Below are positions 25,555-32,000 of a stretch of DNA of 32,000 nucleotides, piece after piece. Both the position numbers and the translations under genes were made by a program. The number at the start of each line of letters is the position of its first letter. Positions within the stretch are counted from its first letter, which is position 1. A model generated the notes under the pieces. The model was not told where the DNA came from. It searched no databases and saw only the letters and a program-made list of their open reading frames with translations. The stretch comes from Candidatus Electrothrix yaqonensis. Its GTDB lineage: Bacteria; Desulfobacterota; Desulfobulbia; Desulfobulbales; Desulfobulbaceae. Location of the stretch: the NCBI GenBank assembly GCA_047651235.1, contig CP178758.1, forward strand, positions 420,001 to 452,000. Reading direction: 5' to 3'.

Positions 25555-26760
25555 GTGGTACGATATCGAAGGCTCCGTGCAGTCCTGACCGGGTTGTGCT
25601 GTATCCTGCTGCTGCCTGCACCCGGTACAGCGGAAGATACAGCAAAAAAGCAGCAACATCCGCCATATATTCGGCTGGCACTTACCGAGCCTGTAACCTC
25701 TCTTGATCCTGCTGATAAAGACTGTGATCGGGAGATCATCCCCCTGCTGTTTGCCGGTTTAACCGAAATCAATACTAACGCTGGCGTAAACGAAAACTGC
25801 TGATTCTGGAAAAAAATCCGTTCTATTTTGATGCAGAAAAGGTACAGATTCCGGAAATCCGTTACATGATGCTGCCCTCTTCAGAAATTGCACTGGAAAT
25901 GTACAAACATAATCAGCTTGATTCTATACCTTTCTTCCATAAAAAGCAGTGGGTTGCCATCAGAAAAGTTCCTGGCTTGGCAAAGCAGTTACCCGATAAG
26001 CCCACCAAACAGGGAAGATATTATCTTGGGTTTGATCACAGTCGTCCTCCATTTGATGATGCTGATGTCCGTCGGGCAATTGCAACAGCTGTTGACAAAC
26101 AGTTTATCTTGAACAAAGCAGTGGGAATCATTGGTGATGTCTCTGATGCATTCATCAACCGCTCTGCTGTCGAATCTGATTCTGATACGAAGAGCTGCCC
26201 ACCTAAATTGGATACGGAACGGGCAAGGAGAATCCTTGCCTTTGCCAAGAAGAGGCTCTATCCTGAGGGAGAAGATTTTCCAGAAATCTCTATCAGCGGC
26301 TCATCTGTTGATGTTGAGATTGTACAGCTGATTCAGAAAGTGCTGAAAAAAAATCTCGGCATTACGGTAGTACAGAAAAAAAAAGTTGAGGACTTTAGCA
26401 CTCCCTCACACCTTTTTGTGGTCAAAAAACAGGCAGAATATGCCCATCCTCTTTATTTTCTGGCCGAATTTATTAATACTGATGGAAACTTACATTGGAA
26501 CAGCCAGAAGTATATAGAATATAAAGAACTTTTTAACCGTGCGTTAAAAGAAAAGGATTCTTCTCAGCAGAGAATATTTTATGAGGAGGCGGAACAGATA
26601 CTTTGTAAAGAGTACGTCATTATCCCTCTTTTTTTTTCAAAATGTTGCATTCTTAAAGAAACCGTGGATCCGAGGTGTGTATTCGCATTCGCGGAGCAGT
26701 GTACAGCCGATACATATGTGGTCGTTCGGGGAGTAAGGAACGGTTTCATCAGCTTGGTTC
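25555..26760 (+). pseudogene. Family-5 ABC substrate-binding protein (OppA/DppA-like) with an internal deletion and frameshift
   Basis: ORF 25555..25803 (GTG start) gives a signal peptide plus 'IRLALTEPVTSLDPADKD..IIPLLFAGLTEI'. Homology resumes in another frame at ~25795 with 'LILEKNPFYFDAEKVQIPEIRYMMLPSSEIALEMYKHNQLD...YLGFDHSRPPFDDADVRRAIATAVDK...YEEAEQILCKEYVIIPLFF'. About 170 aa of the expected middle are missing. The 3' ORF runs on to 26909, over the next gene's start. Confidence 0.7.
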
Positions 26761-26763
26761 GGT

Positions 26764-27471
26764 ATGAAGAAAAAGATTCCCGCAAAATACCGTATATTAC
26801 TTATTACAGGTTGTATTTTGGTACTGCTGATCGGCACTCTTCAGTTTTTCAGGAAAGATGTGCTGTATATCGGTGTAGTCGCTCCGTTAACCGGAGAGTA
26901 TGCATCTAACGGCGAAGAAATGCTCAGAGGAATCAAACTTTATATTGAGCAAATGAACAAAAGCGGTGAACTGCATGGCAAAAGGATAGAATTAACAACA
27001 AAAGATGATCAGAATGATCCGCAGGATGCCAAGCATATCGCGCACGATCTTTCCTTAAATAATAAGGTGCTGCTGGTCCTTGGTCATTATTCCAGTGCCG
27101 CCTGCGGGGCAGCTGGCAATCAGTATAAAAAATTCGGCCTACCGGCAATTACAGCTTCCGCCACAGCAGAAACGATAACAGACGAAAATAGCTGGTATTT
27201 CAGATCAAATGTATCGAGCAGCCTGCAGACTGAACTCCTTGCAACCTATCTTAATAAAATTCTTCATAAGAAAAAAGTACTACTGATTGCTGATAAAGGA
27301 AATTTGTGGGCCGAATCAGTTTACAGCTCCTTTAAGAATGCATGTGAAGACCTGAGTTTTCCGATCTCAAAACACGAAGAGTGGTATTTTGATTCCAGGA
27401 AGAACGCAACAGAAGTTGAGGAACGACTTGACGACATAATAAATGATATATGGACAGATTGGAAAGAATGA
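26764..27471 (+). CDS. N-terminal fragment of a split gene: signal/anchor plus first lobe of a LIVBP-type (Peripla_BP_6, type I PBP) domain
   Basis: 'MKKKIPAKYRILLITGCILVLLIG' anchor, then 'IGVVAPLTGEYASNGEEMLRGIKLYIEQMN..GELHGKRIELTTKDDQNDPQDA...VLLVLGHYSSAACGAAGNQYKKFGLPAITASAT'. It ends at a TGA created by the 25-bp duplication. Confidence 0.75.
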   Translation: MKKKIPAKYRILLITGCILVLLIGTLQFFRKDVLYIGVVAPLTGEYASNGEEMLRGIKLYIEQMNKSGELHGKRIELTTKDDQNDPQDAKHIAHDLSLNNKVLLVLGHYSSAACGAAGNQYKKFGLPAITASATAETITDENSWYFRSNVSSSLQTELLATYLNKILHKKKVLLIADKGNLWAESVYSSFKNACEDLSFPISKHEEWYFDSRKNATEVEERLDDIINDIWTDWKE

Positions 27472-27492
27472 TATATGGACAGATTGGAAAGA
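27443..27492 (+). repeat. Perfect 25-bp tandem duplication (ATGATATATGGACAGATTGGAAAGA x2) causing a frameshift
   Basis: 27443-27467 and 27468-27492 are identical. Because 25 is not a multiple of 3, the duplication shifts the frame. Deleting one copy fuses 26764..27471 and 27443..29812 in frame, reading '...INDIWTDWKDEADSVAVFIAAG...'. Confidence 0.95.
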
Positions 27493-29812
27493 CGAAGCAG
27501 ATTCTGTAGCTGTCTTTATCGCCGCCGGTTCATCATACGGTGCCGATATCGCGACATCTTTGCGATATAAAGAGAAAAAGTTCACTGTTATCGGAACAGA
27601 TGCTTTCAGCACGCCCAATTTTATAGAGCAGCTTAATAGAGACCCTGTGGAAGGTATTACGCAGGGATATTATTCAGACGGGATATATACAGTTTCGCCC
27701 GTAAACATCGAAGGTTCCGGTCTGGAAGCTCAGAAGTTCAATGCACTGTACAAAAAAAAATATAACACAGAACCGTCATGGGTTGCGACCGGCTATTATC
27801 AAGCAGCAAAATTTGCGCTCGAAGCGATCAGTACAACCGAGCTTCAGGGAAACCTTAAAGATGACCGCAGCAACATTCGAGATGCTCTCCAAAAAGCCAT
27901 CAAAGACTCTTCTGATGAATATGCCCGGTTCATCACGGTCAGCCGATATAATAAGCACCGGCTTAAACCGGTATGGAAACAGCTGCAGCGTCTGCTCGAC
28001 GTAGAAAAATCCCGACTTAGTGAAGATTTGCTGAAAGACCGAGTTTTCAAGATCGGAGAGCAGTATTTTGCCAGTACAGATCTCGTGTATACCGGCATCG
28101 CAATCAACAGTATTGACGATGTGGACATGGCGGCCGGTACATTTACTATGGATTTCTACCTCTGGTTCAACTCCATAAAAAAGTTCGATCCTTCACAAAT
28201 CGAGTTTTCCAATGCTGTCACGCCCATCCGTTTTGCACCAGAAGATGATGACGTTCCTGCTGCTTCGAAAAAAAAGGAGGGATTGTTTATCAGGCCTGAA
28301 GCCGAAGAAGAAACTCCGGGCCCGAAGATGCAGGAAGCCGTACATGTTGATACTGTGGAGATACCCGGAGAGCCTGAGGCCAGTTCTTACCTTTATCGGG
28401 TCAAAGGGAAATTCAGGGCTGATTTTCTCCCCGGAGAACGGCGATTCGGCAGACGTATGCTGGGCACAAGTTTTCGCCATGCGGAATGGACGCGCAACTA
28501 CCTGATCTATATTGCCGATACCGGGGGAATGACCCCCATAGAAGAAGGAGGAAAGGCACTGACCAGACACCTGAGGGACAAGGAGGTGCTGGATACCGAT
28601 TCCGGCTGGACTATTGATGACACCTTGTTCTTTCAGGATAGTGAGGCCCAGGAACCACTCACAGATATCAGGTATCTCGGAGACCGGCAGCTCGACCCCT
28701 ATTCCCGATTTAATGCTTTAATCTGGATTAAAGATTATGAGTTTACCCTGCGGGGGCTTATCTCGTCAATATATGCGCGGCCCGAAGCCAGATACGCTCG
28801 AATGCTCACAATGATCTACGGGGGACTCCTGCTTCTTTTATGGTATCTCGAAAAACGAAAAACAGATGATCAGGCAATATATTTATTTAAAGTACTCTGG
28901 TTTCTTCAGGCCGTTATCGGAGTTACCGCATTGCTGGCTGTGCAGATAAGCGTGATGCAGTTTTTTGAGGATAAAGGATTCGACAGGCAGTATCTGGACC
29001 GCGTTATGCGGATTTTTGATGTGCTTTGGTGGATTATCCCGGCTGTATTGATCAATCTGGCCTTGGAAAATTTTATCTGGCGTCCTGTCGAAATCCGTAC
29101 CGAACGCCGTATTCCGTACAATGCCCGGCTTACTGTAAGCTTTCTGGTCTACCTTCTGGCATTTTTCGGTATTCTCTCGTTTGTCTACGATCAGACTCTG
29201 GCTGGCCTGCTGGCAGCATCAGGCGTTCTTGCCGGAGTTTTCGGCCTATTAAAACTCTTTGACTTTTCAAATGTTTTCTCAGGAATCATAATTAACATTG
29301 AGCGTCCTTTCCGGATCGGCGATTGGGTAAAAATCGGTGATCATGAAGGCAAGGTGATGGATATGACCTGGGGAACAACCAGAATTTTAACAAGAAGCAG
29401 GGCGTCACTTGCCATTCCGAATAAGCAGGTTACAGACGCTGCCGTGGAAAATTACAGTTCCCCTGATAACCGTTACGGCCTTTCTCTGACTTTGGAAACT
29501 ATACCTGTCAGTGATCCTGAGGCGGTCCGCAGACTTCTATTGCAGGCCGCACTTGCTGTCAAAGAAGTACTGCGCGACCCCATGCCGTTTATTGAGTTTA
29601 AAGGCCAGGGGGATTCATCGGCGATTTTTAAGGTCTGTTTTCAGGTACGGGACTACGAAAAAAAATACAGGTATCTCGATGCGGTCTGGGAAAGCGTCTG
29701 GCTCCACTTAAACAACAAAGGACTTGAGCTGGCAACACCGTGCAGGTTCCTCTATCATTTTGAAGGGCAGGAACCGGAGTGGGAACAGCCGGAAGAACTT
29801 GCCCGCAGGTAA
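27443..29812 (+). CDS. C-terminal fragment of the split gene: second PBP lobe, Cys-loop-receptor-like beta-sandwich, 5 TM segments and an MscS-family channel domain
   Basis: The first 8 codons are out-of-frame duplicate sequence. Second PBP lobe: 'FTVIGTDAFS...WVATGYYQAAKFALEAI'. pLGIC-ECD-like segment at ~28040-28777. TM helices and MscS core at ~28796-29752: 'LAGLLAASGVLAGVFG...FSGIIINIERPFRIGDWVKIGDHEGKVMDMTWGTTRI...IPNKQV'. Confidence 0.75.
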   Translation: MIYGQIGKNDIWTDWKDEADSVAVFIAAGSSYGADIATSLRYKEKKFTVIGTDAFSTPNFIEQLNRDPVEGITQGYYSDGIYTVSPVNIEGSGLEAQKFNALYKKKYNTEPSWVATGYYQAAKFALEAISTTELQGNLKDDRSNIRDALQKAIKDSSDEYARFITVSRYNKHRLKPVWKQLQRLLDVEKSRLSEDLLKDRVFKIGEQYFASTDLVYTGIAINSIDDVDMAAGTFTMDFYLWFNSIKKFDPSQIEFSNAVTPIRFAPEDDDVPAASKKKEGLFIRPEAEEETPGPKMQEAVHVDTVEIPGEPEASSYLYRVKGKFRADFLPGERRFGRRMLGTSFRHAEWTRNYLIYIADTGGMTPIEEGGKALTRHLRDKEVLDTDSGWTIDDTLFFQDSEAQEPLTDIRYLGDRQLDPYSRFNALIWIKDYEFTLRGLISSIYARPEARYARMLTMIYGGLLLLLWYLEKRKTDDQAIYLFKVLWFLQAVIGVTALLAVQISVMQFFEDKGFDRQYLDRVMRIFDVLWWIIPAVLINLALENFIWRPVEIRTERRIPYNARLTVSFLVYLLAFFGILSFVYDQTLAGLLAASGVLAGVFGLLKLFDFSNVFSGIIINIERPFRIGDWVKIGDHEGKVMDMTWGTTRILTRSRASLAIPNKQVTDAAVENYSSPDNRYGLSLTLETIPVSDPEAVRRLLLQAALAVKEVLRDPMPFIEFKGQGDSSAIFKVCFQVRDYEKKYRYLDAVWESVWLHLNNKGLELATPCRFLYHFEGQEPEWEQPEELARR

Positions 29813-29924
29813 AGCTCTAACTGCTGCAGTTTTATTCTGACGCAACGATCAACGATGCTTCCAGTATCAGGCATTTGTTTTTGAGTTGTGAGTTTCAAAC
29901 TCTAATTCACTTCACAATGAACAA

Positions 29925-32000
29925 ATGCTGAGCAATATCCGTCAGCAATGCGAAAATCTGTTCAGACAGAGCGCCGCCTTTGCCTACAGGCAGAAATACT
30001 GGGTTGTTGCCGTGATGCTTCTGCTCACGGCCGGGCTGGCTACCCAGTTAGGCAGGTTGGAGATCGATACCCGTGATGAGAGTTTCTTTCATAAAAACGA
30101 TCCGGCCCTGATCGCCTATAATGACTTCAAAAAACAGTTCGGCCAGGATGAATTTTTTCTCATCGCCCTCCAGCCTGCCCAGGGATTAGATACGGCCTTT
30201 TTCAACACCCTGTACCGTCTGCACCGGGAGCTGGAAGAGTCTGTCCCCTATATCGACAAGATCAGCAGTCTGGTCAACGGCAGGATCGTCCGGGGCGATG
30301 AAGACACCCTCTATGTGGAAGAACTTTTCCCGCAACCGCCGCAGAACAAGGCGGAAACAGCCCGGATTAAGGAGCTGATCGACCAGTATCCCCTGTATGA
30401 AAATCTTCTGATTTCACCGGATCGGTCAACGGTATCGATCCTTATTAAGGCGAAGGCCCTGGTCGTCAAAGGGGGGCAGCCAGAAGACGTGCTGGCAGGC
30501 TTTGAGCAGGAAGAGCCGGAGGAACACGCTGAGCGGTATTTGAGCAATGCGGAAAGCACGGAGATGACCGAGGCTATTGAGCAGGTGGTCGCAACCTATC
30601 AGAGTCCGACGCTCAAGGTTTTTTTCACCGGTATCCCGGCTGTGGTCACAGCCCTGCAGAAAGGGGTGAAGCGTGACCTGTTCGTGATCCTGCCTTTTTC
30701 CGTCCTGCTGAGCATCTTTTTTTTCGCCCTGCTCTACAGACGTACCTCCGGGGTGGTTTATCCTCTGCTGATCGTGCTGCTTTCGCTGGTCGCCACGTTC
30801 GGTTTTGTGGGCATGCTCAGAATTCCGGCTACTCTTCCGGTCAGCCAGATTTTACCCGCTTTTCTCCTGGTTGTCGGGATCGCCGACGCTGTCCACATCC
30901 TGACTATTTTTTACCGTAACTTCAGCCGCTGCGGCGATAAACAGCAGGCCATCCTTGATGCCATGGCCCTTGCCGGTCTGCCTGTGCTCATGACCTCGGT
31001 GACCACGGCCTGCGGTCTGTTCTCCTTTCTCTGGGCCGACATGGCCCCGGTGGCTCAGCTCGGCTGGGTTGCCCCGGTCGGAGTGTTCTTTGCCCTGCTG
31101 TACACGGTTCTCCTGCTGCCCGCCTTTATCGCTCTTTTCCCCCTCAAACAGGGAAAAAAAGGACAGGGGCTTTCGGAAAATGCACTATCTGATCGGCTGT
31201 TCCACGGGATCGCCAGGGTCACGACCCGGCATCCTGCTGCCGTAACCGTTCTGTTCAGTTGCTTCATGCTTGTTTCCCTGTACGGCATTTTCAATCTGCG
31301 TTTTTACCATAATGCAGCGACTTGGTTCCCGGAGGATTCTCCTGCCCGGCAGGCGATTGAGCTGCTGGACAGAGTCAACGGCGGTTGCAGCACCCTGGAA
31401 GGAGTCATTGATACCGGCAAAGAGAACGGCCTGTATGATCCTGATCTGCTCCGCCGTCTGGATCAGGCGGTGACGGATATCAGCCGTCTTGAGGTGGCCG
31501 GTATCAGGGCCGGGAAGGTATGGGCCATTTCAGATGTGCTCAAAGAGACCAACCGGGCTCTGCATGGCAATCAGGATGCCGCCTATACCCTGCCGGACTC
31601 CCGCGAACTCACGGCCCAGGAGCTGCTCCTGTTTGAAGCTGGCGGCAGTAATGATCTGCAGGACTTTACGGACAGCAGATACCGGACAGCACGATTCTCC
31701 ATTATAGGTCCTGCCGAGGATTCCTTCCTCTATGTCGAGTATACGGACAGGGTGCAGCAGTATCTCAGCAGGCAGTTTCCCGATGCCTCAGTAACCTTGA
31801 CCGGTAAGGTTTACCTCTTTGCGCAGCTCGTCAGCCGGGCGATCACCACTATGGCCAAAAGCTACAGCATTTCCCTAGCCGTCATTACTCTGCTGATGAT
31901 CGCTATGGTGGGCGGGGTTCGGATCGGTCTGTTGAGTATGCTCGCCAATGTGGCCCCGATACTCTACGTCCTGGGCCTGATGGGGATGAACGACATCCCC
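29925..32000 (+). CDS. RND-superfamily exporter (COG1033/MMPL/HpnN-like); 3' end runs off the right edge (>=692 aa)
   Basis: My own translation from ATG 29925 stays open through 32000, which explains its absence from the track. 'NDPALIAYNDFKKQFGQDEFFLIAL', an SSD-like TM bundle 'LPAFLLVVGIADAVHILTIFY...LPVLMTSVTTACGLFSFLW', and a second periplasmic loop followed by further TM segments. Confidence 0.75.
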   Translation, partial: MLSNIRQQCENLFRQSAAFAYRQKYWVVAVMLLLTAGLATQLGRLEIDTRDESFFHKNDPALIAYNDFKKQFGQDEFFLIALQPAQGLDTAFFNTLYRLHRELEESVPYIDKISSLVNGRIVRGDEDTLYVEELFPQPPQNKAETARIKELIDQYPLYENLLISPDRSTVSILIKAKALVVKGGQPEDVLAGFEQEEPEEHAERYLSNAESTEMTEAIEQVVATYQSPTLKVFFTGIPAVVTALQKGVKRDLFVILPFSVLLSIFFFALLYRRTSGVVYPLLIVLLSLVATFGFVGMLRIPATLPVSQILPAFLLVVGIADAVHILTIFYRNFSRCGDKQQAILDAMALAGLPVLMTSVTTACGLFSFLWADMAPVAQLGWVAPVGVFFALLYTVLLLPAFIALFPLKQGKKGQGLSENALSDRLFHGIARVTTRHPAAVTVLFSCFMLVSLYGIFNLRFYHNAATWFPEDSPARQAIELLDRVNGGCSTLEGVIDTGKENGLYDPDLLRRLDQAVTDISRLEVAGIRAGKVWAISDVLKETNRALHGNQDAAYTLPDSRELTAQELLLFEAGGSNDLQDFTDSRYRTARFSIIGPAEDSFLYVEYTDRVQQYLSRQFPDASVTLTGKVYLFAQLVSRAITTMAKSYSISLAVITLLMIAMVGGVRIGLLSMLANVAPILYVLGLMGMNDIP

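Overview
This 32-kb window looks like a chromosomal segment from a moderately GC-rich anaerobe. NifB, HemW and a sigma54/NifA-type promoter fit a Desulfobacterota-like genome, but I cannot verify that here.

Backbone: the minus strand carries housekeeping genes thrC, dapF-dapA, recA-folA and ettA-radC-hemW. The plus strand carries nifB and a membrane-anchored TPR protein.

Two visibly AT-richer accessory patches interrupt the backbone:
(i) ~4955-8908 holds a DUF418 membrane protein, a frameshifted IS5-family relic abutting an IS481-family transposase, a displaced copy of the thrC 3' tail, and a TerB-like gene.
(ii) ~21771-29820 holds IS1-family debris forming a ~125-bp palindrome, an IS200-type element, an OprO/P-like porin, a small PstS-like periplasmic protein, an internally deleted family-5 SBP pseudogene, and an unusual fusion gene. 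That gene joins a LIVBP-type binding domain, a Cys-loop-receptor-like beta-sandwich and an MscS channel, and is split by a perfect 25-bp tandem duplication.

Two large ORFs run off the window edges and so are missing from the supplied ORF track. One is a CHAT / STAND-NTPase / TPR protein (1-2832, minus), sitting where the RND pump of a tetR-MFP efflux operon would be expected. The other is a COG1033/MMPL-type RND exporter (29925-32000, plus).

I recognised no rRNA, tRNA or CRISPR array. All protein-family calls rest on motifs read from the translations and need HMM/BLAST confirmation.
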